Positions 1 to 9,230 are shown, counted from the stretch's first letter. The stretch is 32,000 bases of DNA from Candidatus Saccharimonadota bacterium (GCA_041661045.1 JBAZVE010000001.1:390001-422000), one strand, 5' to 3'. The notes: generated from the letters alone by a model not told the origin. Made by a program: numbers and translations.

Positions 1-81
1 CGGGTTGTATTCAATGTCAGCGCTCCAAATAATTTCAGTCGAACTATATTTCTTACCACGTGACCCTCTAAATTGGGGATT

Positions 82-384
82 TTAGTTTTCTGGCCCTTTA
101 TTCGCTTTAAGTACGGCGTAACTTGCCTCAAAAATTGCTTCAGCTGGGGCTCTAAGTCTGTCTATTTGATTCAAGAAATCTGGTTCAAGAATTTGGAATC
201 CATCTGGCGTAAGATTACCGTTCAACAACATTCCTACTGCAGCACGCTTTGCTTGAATAGGAAATGCATTCCAGTTTGCAGGTAGTTGCGCACCTTCTCC
301 CTTTGCTAGATCAGCTAGTCCTTTTGCGTCTAGATGTTCAACTAGATCGCTTGGCATTAGTGGGCCTGATGGACCTTCATCCAT
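82..384 (-). CDS. hypothetical protein (100 aa)
   Basis: Intact ATG..TAA ORF with no motif I recognise. Lies just left of repeat copy 1. Confidence 0.45.
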   Translation of the reverse strand: MDEGPSGPLMPSDLVEHLDAKGLADLAKGEGAQLPANWNAFPIQAKRAAVGMLLNGNLTPDGFQILEPDFLNQIDRLRAPAEAIFEASYAVLKANKGPEN

Positions 385-460
385 AGTATTGTGGGAAGAT
401 TATTATCTGCTTATTCTACCATCAAACATAGTTTCTTCCAATATCTTTCTTGGTATGCAT

Positions 461-539
461 AAAGGGAAAGCCCCTCTCCTGGCGACAAAACCCGAACACG
501 AACATAAAATAAGTTGAAAGCATTGTGCTTCCATTTTTG
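461..539 (+). repeat. conserved intergenic repeat, copy 1 (full length)
   Basis: A-run/C-rich lead-in (aaagggaaagcccctctcctg), then the 57-nt core GCGACAAAACCCGAACACGAACATAAAATAAGTTGAAAGCATTGTGCTTCCATTTTT at 482-538. The core is 52/57 identical to copy 4. Confidence 0.9.
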
Positions 540-676
540 TTTGAGGCATTTGTTCATTGGCTAGGCGTATTGGTATTCCTTACTACTCTTGGCTTCACCT
601 ACACCCACCCATACGTACAGCTAGGGGTCGATTTGGGATGCCCTGCCCCTGCGATTATAGGCGCACATAACATAAC

Positions 677-705
677 TTGTAGTATCTTTAATGGTTTGAT
701 ATAGT
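677..705 (+). promoter_or_regulatory. sigma70-like promoter candidate for the 732 gene
   Basis: TTGTAG (677-682), 17-nt spacer, TATAGT (700-705), 27 nt upstream of ATG 732. Confidence 0.45.
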
Positions 706-731
706 GCATCCTTAAACTTAAAAATGTTCTT

Positions 732-1469
732 ATGAGACCTGGCGAATCACAAACTTATGTTGACCAACTGACCCAAGGGGAACTTCGTGATTACCCAGGA
801 ATGTTGCGGCGAGTACTCAGCCTTGTGGAGAAACCTCTGTCAACATTATTGGAAGCAAGTGCAGAAGTTAAAGCTGCAAACACGACAGTACAAAGCGCAC
901 TTGATTGCTTAAGTTTAGATGACCGTGCAACATTTGATACAAAGATTGTGCCACCTGAGAAGATGGGGAGATTTTCTGTCCAGTATAGAAACCCGATGAA
1001 AATTTCTGCTAGAGCAGGTGATTCATTGGCTCTGCGAGCTGCTGTCCTTGCTTCCATTGATGAGATTGTTGCAGTCTTTCACCAGAGACGAGACGGAGTC
1101 TTGGCGCATGCTAGGTTTCAAGGAGAAGATCAAAAAGATACCCATGGACACACGGTCATCGCGGCACCGTTTCTTTTGTTGGATGTTGGTGGCCAAAATG
1201 GCTCTTTCCCACTTGAACTCGTACAAGCCTCGACACCCTTACATGTACAAACGCTTCCAGCACAATCCCATTTTGATAGAAGGTTTGCTGAAATGTCCTT
1301 CAGTCTTGATCGTTCACGTAATCCTAGCGCTACTGTACCTAAATCCTTCCTTGAGGGGGTCCGGGGGAGTGACAAACATGCGATGCCTCATATGCGTCGT
1401 ACTGATGGAAACGTTTTTGAACTGGCGCGCAATCTACTTTCTCGACTAGGTGGTGAAGTCATTGAATGA
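732..1469 (+). CDS. hypothetical protein (245 aa)
   Basis: Long ATG ORF with no recognisable motif. Bounded by repeat copies 1 and 2. Confidence 0.6.
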   Translation: MRPGESQTYVDQLTQGELRDYPGMLRRVLSLVEKPLSTLLEASAEVKAANTTVQSALDCLSLDDRATFDTKIVPPEKMGRFSVQYRNPMKISARAGDSLALRAAVLASIDEIVAVFHQRRDGVLAHARFQGEDQKDTHGHTVIAAPFLLLDVGGQNGSFPLELVQASTPLHVQTLPAQSHFDRRFAEMSFSLDRSRNPSATVPKSFLEGVRGSDKHAMPHMRRTDGNVFELARNLLSRLGGEVIE

Positions 1470-1496
1470 GGTTTAGTGTAGCTTTAGCTTATTCGT

Positions 1497-1536
1497 GAAC
1501 ATAAAATAAGTTGAAAGCATTGTGCTTCCATTTTTG
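1497..1536 (+). repeat. conserved intergenic repeat, copy 2 (5'-truncated)
   Basis: 40/40 identical to 500-539 of copy 1 (gaacataaaataagttgaaagcattgtgcttccatttttg). Lacks the GCGACAAAACCCGA part. Lies between convergent genes. Confidence 0.9.
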
Positions 1537-1563
1537 GGTTGTCCAGGGGAGATAAAATGGGTT

Positions 1564-2079
1564 TTATTCCTCTTCTTGCTCAAGTTTTGAGAAGTAATGC
1601 TTCAGTTTTGGTTGAAGGAAGGCATCAATTTGAGCTTCGAATTGGGCGACACACATGGAGAGATGGTTTTTAAGCTTGTTCAGTCGCCATCGCTGGATTG
1701 CGCCTTTCTCTTCAGAGGGAGAGCCGACGAGGCTGCTTATATTTCCCGCTAAACTGAAGCATGTTTTTGCAAGACTTGGGGCATCTTCTCCTGCAAAATA
1801 TGGAGACTGAATTAGTGCTTGCAATGAGGAGTGTGAATGTCGGGCTAGCTCAATATTATTAAATGCTAGTAAACCTTCGATTTCTGACAAAGTAACATTG
1901 CAGATGCTGCTGAGCTCCATCGCCTGTTTGACAGTGGCGTTGAGTTCATCCAAAGATTCGAGCAGAAAACTGCTTTTTATTGCATCCTCTAAGTCCCTCA
2001 CCCTCCCTTGTAGTGTTCCAAAGATTTGGTCTATTTCGGCATGTGCTTCTTCGGCACTTTTCACTGGATCAGGAACCAT
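1564..2079 (-). CDS. hypothetical all-helical protein (171 aa)
   Basis: ATG ORF whose start overlaps the upstream gene's end by 11 nt (2069-2079), suggesting translational coupling. No known motif. Confidence 0.6.
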   Translation of the reverse strand: MVPDPVKSAEEAHAEIDQIFGTLQGRVRDLEDAIKSSFLLESLDELNATVKQAMELSSICNVTLSEIEGLLAFNNIELARHSHSSLQALIQSPYFAGEDAPSLAKTCFSLAGNISSLVGSPSEEKGAIQRWRLNKLKNHLSMCVAQFEAQIDAFLQPKLKHYFSKLEQEEE

Positions 2080-2467
2080 GCCTAATCTGACCCCAAGTTG
2101 TTCTGGAATGGTTCTTTTTTTTCCTCTGTTCAGTTATAACTCTAGCTTCGTAAGCCTGAAGAACTTGTGCAAGAATACCCATAAGCTGGTCTGCAATCAC
2201 CTCCCTTGCAAAGCGTATTTGAGGGGCAAGTTGATCTCTTTCTCCGCTTTTGATTTTTACCGCTAATCGGTGAAGCAGATGTTCAATCAAACGATATTGA
2301 ATTTCTTTGCTTCTCACTTGAGTAGGTTCAATCCCACCTAGTTCATGCATGCTACTCCCAAAGAGAGCTTCTTCCACTCCTTTTGGAAGACTAGCTCCAG
2401 GCTCCACTAAACTCTTGATGATGTCATCAGAAGTAGGTCTTGGTACCATCAATTGAGTTTCAGGCAT
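2069..2467 (-). CDS. hypothetical protein (132 aa)
   Basis: ATG at 2467 preceded by AGGAAG. First gene of a two-gene minus-strand unit. No known motif. Confidence 0.6.
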   Translation of the reverse strand: MPETQLMVPRPTSDDIIKSLVEPGASLPKGVEEALFGSSMHELGGIEPTQVRSKEIQYRLIEHLLHRLAVKIKSGERDQLAPQIRFAREVIADQLMGILAQVLQAYEARVITEQRKKKNHSRTTWGQIRHGS

Positions 2468-2550
2468 ATCTTCCTAGGCTTAATGTTGGAAGTTAATATA
2501 AATTATTTGGTAGAACTGTCAAGTTCTGCCGTATTTCAATTGGCTTGAAC

Positions 2551-2630
2551 AAAAGAAAATCCCTTGCCCCTACGACAAAACCCGATTACAAACATAAAAT
2601 AAGTTGTAAACATTGTGGCTCCATTTGACT
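2551..2630 (+). repeat. conserved intergenic repeat, copy 3 (full length)
   Basis: Lead-in aaaagaaaatcccttgcccct plus core at 2572-2628, 51/57 identical to copy 4. Confidence 0.9.
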
Positions 2631-2675
2631 TCAGGTTGCAATTATGTTTTAATTGTGCCTTTTAAGTATCCTAAA

Positions 2676-4067
2676 ATGAAGCTAAGAGAGGTGATTGCTG
2701 GCATATTTCTCGTAAGTTCGCCTGGACTTGCAGCTTGTACGAATAGTCCACAAATTGAAGCGGCCCCACGAGTGGAAGGTTTGGCACCCGATTTAGAGGC
2801 GCTTGAGCTAGGACAAGAAGTGAAACGCTCTCTGGAAGAAACAGCTCAGGCACTATCAAATCTACATTCGCAATGCAAGGTATCAAAAGATGATGAGGCC
2901 GTATTATGGCTAGGAAATACTAGTTTCACGCCCGTCAAAGGGTACCAAACTGAAACGGAAAAAGGAGATGTTTATGTTTTTCGTTACGATGGGCTAATAC
3001 CAGACGAAGACAAAACAGGTCGTAAAATTCCTCTGCATGAATTTTACATAGTTCAGCCTGAGAAAGGAACGATGCTTATGGTGACTGAGAAAGATGGGGA
3101 GTTGAGCGAACTGAAGGCCCTTCACTACACAGGGAATATGGTGGATGCAGCTGGTAAAATACTGGGACCTTTAGCATTGAGTAAAACGACAAGTGGTATT
3201 TCATTCAATGTAGATTTGTCACAAGAGGTAGATGCACTGACAACTGCTTTTGGTGAACTCCGAGGAGGATGTCCTAGCCGATACATTGTGCCTGGAAATT
3301 CAAACCAAGCTTATCAAAGCAATATCTATCTTATGTTCTCTGAAAACAGAGGTTGGAGCAATCCAGATTTAAGAATACATCAGGACTGGATTGAATCGGG
3401 GATTGCTCGAATTGGGTCGACCTGTGGACAAGCTGCCAACGATACTCGAGAGGCATATCAAGAAGTCACTCGAGATTACTCATTTCGCTATTATCCAGAA
3501 GATTGGGATATAGCACAGGATAGTAGCGGTGCAGTTGATGGCAATATTATCTATGTTAATGGGGGAACTGGAGTATCAGCAGTGATCGTACATGAAATGA
3601 CTCACGGCCTAACGCCTATCCCATATGGCATGGGACTTTACACCCTTTTCAGCGAAGGAGTGGCTGACGTTCTGACTCACATCTCAGGCCTGTCTCTCCC
3701 CTCATATAAAGCATATGTCGATGAAAGCCTGCTCAGTGCAGCTTTGGGCCCTAAACTATATTGTGCACCACTCAATGACCCTACTTTCTTTTATAATAAC
3801 ACCCAAGTAAGTACGCATAATCCCTCTTTGCGCCAATTATCTGATGATTTCGTAGAAGGTTGGGGCATCAATAGGGCAGATAAAGAAAAAGTATGGGCGA
3901 TCTTTAACCCTGAAAGAGGTAGAAATAGACAGTATCAAGATTCTATCACCGTTCGAATCCCAGAACTCAAACGTATTCTTGAACGAAATCACATAGATTG
4001 GGATACATTTTTACTCGCAGTTGATCCCACATCTGGAAGGCTAGCTGCAGAATGGCGGGAGCTCTAG
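2676..4067 (+). CDS. secreted lipoprotein, putative gluzincin-type zinc metalloprotease
   Basis: Start chosen at MKLREVIAGIFLVSSPGLAAC (signal peptide plus lipobox L-A-A-C), because the longer ORF start lies inside repeat copy 3. Has HEXXH (VIVHEMTHGL) followed 17 aa later by SEGVAD, resembling the thermolysin-like third ligand. Confidence 0.7.
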   Translation: MKLREVIAGIFLVSSPGLAACTNSPQIEAAPRVEGLAPDLEALELGQEVKRSLEETAQALSNLHSQCKVSKDDEAVLWLGNTSFTPVKGYQTETEKGDVYVFRYDGLIPDEDKTGRKIPLHEFYIVQPEKGTMLMVTEKDGELSELKALHYTGNMVDAAGKILGPLALSKTTSGISFNVDLSQEVDALTTAFGELRGGCPSRYIVPGNSNQAYQSNIYLMFSENRGWSNPDLRIHQDWIESGIARIGSTCGQAANDTREAYQEVTRDYSFRYYPEDWDIAQDSSGAVDGNIIYVNGGTGVSAVIVHEMTHGLTPIPYGMGLYTLFSEGVADVLTHISGLSLPSYKAYVDESLLSAALGPKLYCAPLNDPTFFYNNTQVSTHNPSLRQLSDDFVEGWGINRADKEKVWAIFNPERGRNRQYQDSITVRIPELKRILERNHIDWDTFLLAVDPTSGRLAAEWREL

Positions 4068-4070
4068 CAT

Positions 4071-4146
4071 AAAAAACCCCTTCCCACTGCGACAAAACCC
4101 GATTACAAACATAAAATAAGTTGGAAACATTGTGCTTCCATTTTTA
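4071..4146 (+). repeat. conserved intergenic repeat, copy 4 (full length)
   Basis: Begins 3 nt after the stop at 4067. Lead-in aaaaaaccccttcccact plus core at 4089-4145. Internal GCGACA-N17-TAAAAT at 4089-4117. Confidence 0.9.
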
Positions 4147-4202
4147 ATGGTACTTTAAAAGTGCGCCGTGTATAGTTGGCTTACATTCCTTATCTCCATG
4201 TT

Positions 4203-5873
4203 ATGAAAAAGAAACACATACCCTTTCTGGTTGTAGGTCTTTTGGTAGTTCTATTTGTCACTGCAGCTTTTTCTGATTTTGATAAACTTAAAGCTGCATT
4301 TTCGGGCGCTTTTACTCCAAGGGACATAGTGGTGTCTCCTAGCGGCTCGGACACGGGAGCGGGAAGCTCTACAGATCCTATGTCTCTGGAAGGCGCATTA
4401 GCCTCAGCGCCTAGTGGAGCTACGCTAGTGCTTTTATCTGGGACTTATCCTGTGGAAGAACCTTTGGCATTGGACCGTGAACTTTCAATGAAAGGGAGAG
4501 GAGGAGCTGTAATTGACTGTTCAGAGATCGATAGTGACCTATGGTGTATGGAGTTTGGGCCTGGTATTGGAGACAGTGTACGCTTTGAAAATTTCACCTT
4601 CACTCATGCGCTAAACGGGGTTCATATCCAAGGTGGATCCCCAGAGTTCGAAGACATGACCTTTCTCCGTGGAACATTAGAAGACTCATCTGGTTCAATG
4701 GATGAGTCCTACTTCCTAGTCAGCGTGGAAGACGGTTCTGCAGATTTTAATATAATAAACAGTAAATTTTCTGTCGCAGGCTCACGGTTTGGAGGCACAG
4801 GCTATGAAGGGGTTGATGGATTACCCTTTGGCTTACACATTACTGACGGCTCCTCTGCTACAGTCACTGGTATGGATTGCCAGGGGTATTACTTTTCATG
4901 CGTGCTCTTTACTGGTGGTGGAAGTAGTGGTGAAGTAAGAAATTCACTATTTGCGGCCGTTGATTCAGGAGTCATGATTGATGAAGGTGCGGGTGGAGTC
5001 GACATTCTAGGCAATGGTTTTATCTACATCTATGGGAATGCGATCTATTTTGGGGAAGGAGTGGGTGAATCATTTATTGCTCAAAATCAATTTGCTTACA
5101 TAGACCATTCCAGTGTGTACTTTAATGATTTTGCTGAAAATGTTGAAGCTGAATTGATGGCAAATTTCTTCAGACCAGGTGGGCCTTTTGAGGGAGATCT
5201 TTCTTACAGCACGGATAGCTTCGTGGGTGAATTGGATATTACGAGTGGATACGACTTGTATGTTGATGAGGTGGAAGACTTGTATGTTCACCATAATTTC
5301 TTTGAAGGGACCGAGGATAGAACTGCGATTCTTATTAGGGGCGGTACTGATCCAATTGATGGGAATCTACTCATAGAGCAGAATTGGTTTGATGACTATG
5401 CAATTGCCATTGCTCTGTCTGCTGAAATTAAAAACCTAATCGTCAACAATGTATTTTTGAATATGACGAGGGCTATCGTTGCTGGTGGAACTATTACATT
5501 TGCCTACAATACACTTGTCGGCGGTGAAATCGGTCTGGATCATTTTAGTGACTATCCAAGTTTGATTGTGGACAATATATTCGTTGGCTTTGATGCTTTT
5601 GCCATTACTAGTGCACTAAGTTTCACTGATAGTGTTCAGATGGGTTTCAATGCTTTTTTTGACAATGGAACGGATATTGATGGAGTCCTCGATTATGATG
5701 ACCTAGGGGGCAATGTCTATGATGATCCTGACTTTGTGGATTCTGATGAAAATGATTTCCATTTAGAAGCTGGTTCACCTCTGATCGATGTAGGCTCTGG
5801 ATTTGTTAGTGTGTCAGGCGACTATGAGGCTGATCCACGCGTAGTGCCGGACATTGGTGCCTTCGAGTACTAA
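4203..5873 (+). CDS. membrane-anchored right-handed beta-helix protein (DUF1565-like N-terminus, choice-of-anchor-Q-like C-terminus)
   Basis: Start at MKKKHIPFLVVGLLVVLFV (TM/signal). N-terminal VVSPSGSD...GSSTDPMSLEGAL...GATLVLLSGTY is typical of pectate-lyase-fold proteins. The middle is repetitive and rich in G/N/D/F. C-terminal motif NDFHLEAGSPLIDVG...DPR...PDIGAFEY. Confidence 0.7.
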   Translation: MKKKHIPFLVVGLLVVLFVTAAFSDFDKLKAAFSGAFTPRDIVVSPSGSDTGAGSSTDPMSLEGALASAPSGATLVLLSGTYPVEEPLALDRELSMKGRGGAVIDCSEIDSDLWCMEFGPGIGDSVRFENFTFTHALNGVHIQGGSPEFEDMTFLRGTLEDSSGSMDESYFLVSVEDGSADFNIINSKFSVAGSRFGGTGYEGVDGLPFGLHITDGSSATVTGMDCQGYYFSCVLFTGGGSSGEVRNSLFAAVDSGVMIDEGAGGVDILGNGFIYIYGNAIYFGEGVGESFIAQNQFAYIDHSSVYFNDFAENVEAELMANFFRPGGPFEGDLSYSTDSFVGELDITSGYDLYVDEVEDLYVHHNFFEGTEDRTAILIRGGTDPIDGNLLIEQNWFDDYAIAIALSAEIKNLIVNNVFLNMTRAIVAGGTITFAYNTLVGGEIGLDHFSDYPSLIVDNIFVGFDAFAITSALSFTDSVQMGFNAFFDNGTDIDGVLDYDDLGGNVYDDPDFVDSDENDFHLEAGSPLIDVGSGFVSVSGDYEADPRVVPDIGAFEY

Positions 5874-7768
5874 TGAGGGGCGCATCCTTTCTGATTGTTG
5901 TTTGGGCATTGTTTGTCCCCTTGGTGATTTCCCCTTGGGGATTTGACACCTTTGAAACTCCGAAAAATGTTCTTTTCAAAAGTGCATTGGCGCTTGTTTT
6001 TATGCTGTGGGGAGGTGCTCATATCTTTGGGAAAACATCTATTGGGCCAAGACTGACCCACAAAGAATGGTTGATGCTTGCTGGATTTCTTGTGATTCTT
6101 GGCTTATCAATGCTGACCAGCGTTCATCCTGAGCTTAGTTTTTGGGGCAGTCTTGGCAGGCAAGGTGGGGTTATTAATTATTTAGCTTACGCTGCGATCT
6201 TTGTTGTAGGTATTCAACTATTTGGAGAATCTTCTACCCGCGCAAACAAAAATCGACAACTTTTTCTAAAATGCGTTCTTATCGCAGGAGTTTTAATGTC
6301 AATAATCGCATTACTGCAGAGAGCAGGAATGTACTTTTTTGGACAAAATCTGATAGATGGTTTCGCTGGCCGCTCATTTTCCACGATAGGAAACCCTACC
6401 ATGATGGGCGCTTATCTGATTTTCCCCATTGGCGCTGCACTAGCTCTTCTACAAAACTCTAAACTCAAAGAGCGTGACTGGTGGCCTGCAATACTATGGG
6501 GTGCCATTGCCTTGATGGTGGCGGCTCTTTTTGCTGCAGAAAACCGTGCGAGCATTCTTGCTCTAGGTGTAATGGCTATGCTGCACGGTCTGTTTCTTTT
6601 ACGATTACGAAATCGTACAAAGTTCTTGCTATTTTCCCTGGGAATAATCGCACTGATGAGTGGTCTATACTTATTCAAGGATGAAGTCAGATCGCTGGCC
6701 TCACGCTGGAGCATATGGACCAGTTGCATTGAATGGCTCAGTCAAAATCCATTTGTAGGCAGTGGAGCTGAAAGTTTTGGCCTAATCTTTGAATCCATAG
6801 TTCGGCCCGACTTCTTTGAAACAGAGACCTACTTGAGTCTAGCGGACCGCCCCCATAATGAATTTTTAGAATGGTGGATACACTTTGGCTTACTGGGTGC
6901 TCTTTTTTATGTGTGGCTGGTTGTTAGCTTGGTGAAGGCATGGCTCACTCAGACACCTCAACAGAAGCACCTAAAGCCTGAAGCCTACTGGATTGGACTC
7001 GCTCTAATCGGGTTTTTGGTAAGCAATCAGTTTAGTTTTTCAATCGCAATACATGGACTGTACTTTGCACTTTTCTTAGCTTTTCTGATTTCTTACTGCC
7101 CTCGTAAAGGTGTTGCACTTAAACCTGTCTTTACAAAAGTAGTAGCGAGTTTGGCTTTTGTGGCGGGCCTAGGGCTTTTGATTATACAAGGAAGTATCCT
7201 GATAAAGGATAGTCAAATGTCCTCTGCTGTCTCAGCTTTTAAGAATGGTCACGCTGAAGAACTTGCAATGCATCTTGAAGCAATGAGTCGCTGGCAACCT
7301 CACTATCCAGAGTACTACCTGGCAGGAACTGATCTGGCGATTGCCTCAGGAGACCTGGCTCTAGCTCAGCAGCTTAATGGCGTGCACCGTCGCATCACTC
7401 ATGATGGAGCACAAGCTCTTCTAGTGGCAGCTGAAATCTCCTTTTACATGGATGACCATGAGGCAACTCTCGCAATCTATGAATCTCTGGAAGCTGATGG
7501 TCGTAATCTACCTCTTCTCTATCAACATTGGGCGCGTGTGTTAGTGATTTTGGAAGATTTTGAGGCTGCAGCACAAACCTTTGACAAACTTTTTGTCCTT
7601 TTACCTGATTACTGGAAAGCAAATCCAGACCAAACTGAACTGATGAGCTTTGAACAGAGAATTTTCTGGAAACAACATCCCTGGTTTGTAGATGTACTTG
7701 AAGATGCTAAGAAAGCATATGAAGAAACGGGTAGAACTGAGAGTTTGCAAAGCAAATGGATACCCTGA
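5873..7768 (+). CDS. O-antigen ligase/polymerase-family (Wzy_C-like) polytopic membrane protein with C-terminal TPR-like domain
   Basis: More than 10 hydrophobic segments. Loop motif DRPHNEFLEWWIHFGLLGALFYVW is typical of the O-antigen ligase family. Soluble helical-repeat tail. Start overlaps the upstream stop (TAATG). Confidence 0.75.
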   Translation: MRGASFLIVVWALFVPLVISPWGFDTFETPKNVLFKSALALVFMLWGGAHIFGKTSIGPRLTHKEWLMLAGFLVILGLSMLTSVHPELSFWGSLGRQGGVINYLAYAAIFVVGIQLFGESSTRANKNRQLFLKCVLIAGVLMSIIALLQRAGMYFFGQNLIDGFAGRSFSTIGNPTMMGAYLIFPIGAALALLQNSKLKERDWWPAILWGAIALMVAALFAAENRASILALGVMAMLHGLFLLRLRNRTKFLLFSLGIIALMSGLYLFKDEVRSLASRWSIWTSCIEWLSQNPFVGSGAESFGLIFESIVRPDFFETETYLSLADRPHNEFLEWWIHFGLLGALFYVWLVVSLVKAWLTQTPQQKHLKPEAYWIGLALIGFLVSNQFSFSIAIHGLYFALFLAFLISYCPRKGVALKPVFTKVVASLAFVAGLGLLIIQGSILIKDSQMSSAVSAFKNGHAEELAMHLEAMSRWQPHYPEYYLAGTDLAIASGDLALAQQLNGVHRRITHDGAQALLVAAEISFYMDDHEATLAIYESLEADGRNLPLLYQHWARVLVILEDFEAAAQTFDKLFVLLPDYWKANPDQTELMSFEQRIFWKQHPWFVDVLEDAKKAYEETGRTESLQSKWIP

Positions 7769-7889
7769 TAGATCAATGCCGTAGGCTTGTAATGGCACAT
7801 TTACGCATAGGTGGTGACCTTTTTTAGAAACAGAGATCCTTAACTAGTCTACCCATCGTTTCCACCAATTATTATTTCGCGACAGGAGG

Positions 7890-9191
7890 GTGGGGGCTCA
7901 TCCAAATCGCCTTGGAAAATGCGTTGAATTTGCTATGATGACCTCTTGTTGTAGGGCTAACCCTGCGTTTATGACATCCCAAGATTCACAAAATGTTCGA
8001 GATTGGCTGGAAAGCGGTCCCTATGAGCGCGCTATCGCACCATTTAAGAAGGACTTGAGAAATTTTGCCCCATTTCAATTGGAACGGGTGGCTCTTAGCG
8101 TGGAGGGAATATTAAGGCAAGCCCCTCTCCAGCTCCAGGACTGCGACCTCGTGTTAAATCCCGTTGCATCGCTTGGGAAGCTCTCCGCTGTACTCAAAGG
8201 TTACCTGGCGGTGGGGACGGAAGGCCTGTGGCATGGGGTACCTTCTGCACAGAGACCCTCCGGTTCTTCGCGGTTGGGTACGATTTCACTGCCGGATCTC
8301 CCCCGTTTTGCTGAGGGCCTGCCTGACATCGATGCCGGACATCATGATAAGCTCCTTGACTTGAGAGGGCGCCTTTTGGGATGTGAAACTTGGCTTATTC
8401 CAAAAACTCAAGCTGTTACGGCTCATTTTGGGTCGCCAGCAGACCATATCATGAGGGCAAGGCTGGAGGGTGATCCTTACAACTGCCCCCCTCAAGAGCG
8501 CCCTGGCTCGACTCCTGTAGATATTGAATCCGTCAAACAAAGCGTGCGAGACCTTGTTGGTGATCTCAACGGAGGAATCGCGGAGGAAACCGACCGTGCA
8601 GGTTCCATCGGCCGTTTCGAGGTTTTGTCAATAGCGCCGTACGTACGCAGTCTGTTTAGTTACATCGCTCAAGTGAGCCGTACCGCTAGCAATAGGGAGG
8701 AGCTTATGAGGACCATTGCAGAAGAATTGGTTGCATGGGGGCCTCGCTTCGAGCAGCCTCGTGATCAAGTGGGTTGGCTTCCGGATCCTTGGAAGGAGAT
8801 TAAAGATTGGATTCTCCCCGCTCGACCCATCACCCCGCAAGTTCATGCTCTTTGGGGACGCGTCAGCGAAAGGCCTAACACTGCTCGTGTACTCCTCCAT
8901 GGGCCTGGGAGGAGGGTGAGTATGGAGGAGTCGGCTTACCTAGAGTCTCGGCTTCATATTCCCGGTGAGGCCCCTGATGATGGCAGTGGATCACAAGTAT
9001 CCTTGTTTGCGAGGACTGCAGGAAACGGGCCCGAATTGAGACTAGAGGCAGTGCGCGGGAGCACCTTCCTGCATGGCGCAGACGCAGAAGTTGTTGTCGG
9101 ATTTCAACAGACTTATCCTAATGTGCGAAGCATACACTGGGGTATTGCAGAGGAGGCTCGTGAGGCGCATAGAAAGAGTGGGGGCGGATGA
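7890..9191 (+). CDS. hypothetical protein (up to 433 aa; start uncertain, GTG 7890 or ATG 7935)
   Basis: Long ORF in a locally GC-richer block. AGGAGG directly abuts GTG 7890. No recognisable motif. Confidence 0.55.
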   Translation: MGAHPNRLGKCVEFAMMTSCCRANPAFMTSQDSQNVRDWLESGPYERAIAPFKKDLRNFAPFQLERVALSVEGILRQAPLQLQDCDLVLNPVASLGKLSAVLKGYLAVGTEGLWHGVPSAQRPSGSSRLGTISLPDLPRFAEGLPDIDAGHHDKLLDLRGRLLGCETWLIPKTQAVTAHFGSPADHIMRARLEGDPYNCPPQERPGSTPVDIESVKQSVRDLVGDLNGGIAEETDRAGSIGRFEVLSIAPYVRSLFSYIAQVSRTASNREELMRTIAEELVAWGPRFEQPRDQVGWLPDPWKEIKDWILPARPITPQVHALWGRVSERPNTARVLLHGPGRRVSMEESAYLESRLHIPGEAPDDGSGSQVSLFARTAGNGPELRLEAVRGSTFLHGADAEVVVGFQQTYPNVRSIHWGIAEEAREAHRKSGGG

Positions 9192-9230
9192 GCATTTTTA
9201 CTGAATGAAAATAGGGTGGCTTCACAGGAT

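Noticed and set aside
1-59. Possible GTG start (preceded by AGAGGG) of a minus-strand gene running off the left edge
   Set aside because: Only 19 codons are visible, which is too little to support a call.
1557-1673. 38-aa plus-strand ORF with a GGGGAG Shine-Dalgarno sequence right after repeat copy 2
   Set aside because: It overlaps the 3' end of the convergent 171-aa gene, is short, and has no supporting feature. I kept it only as a note, because it would fit the repeat-as-promoter idea.
461-4146. Whether the four conserved repeats form a CRISPR array or are integron attC sites
   Set aside because: The spacing is 1-1.5 kb and contains whole genes, so this is not a CRISPR array. No cas or intI gene is in the window. 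The element lacks the paired inverse-core/core symmetry (RYYYAAC...GTTRRRY) of attC, and its only hairpin is not preserved in copy 3.
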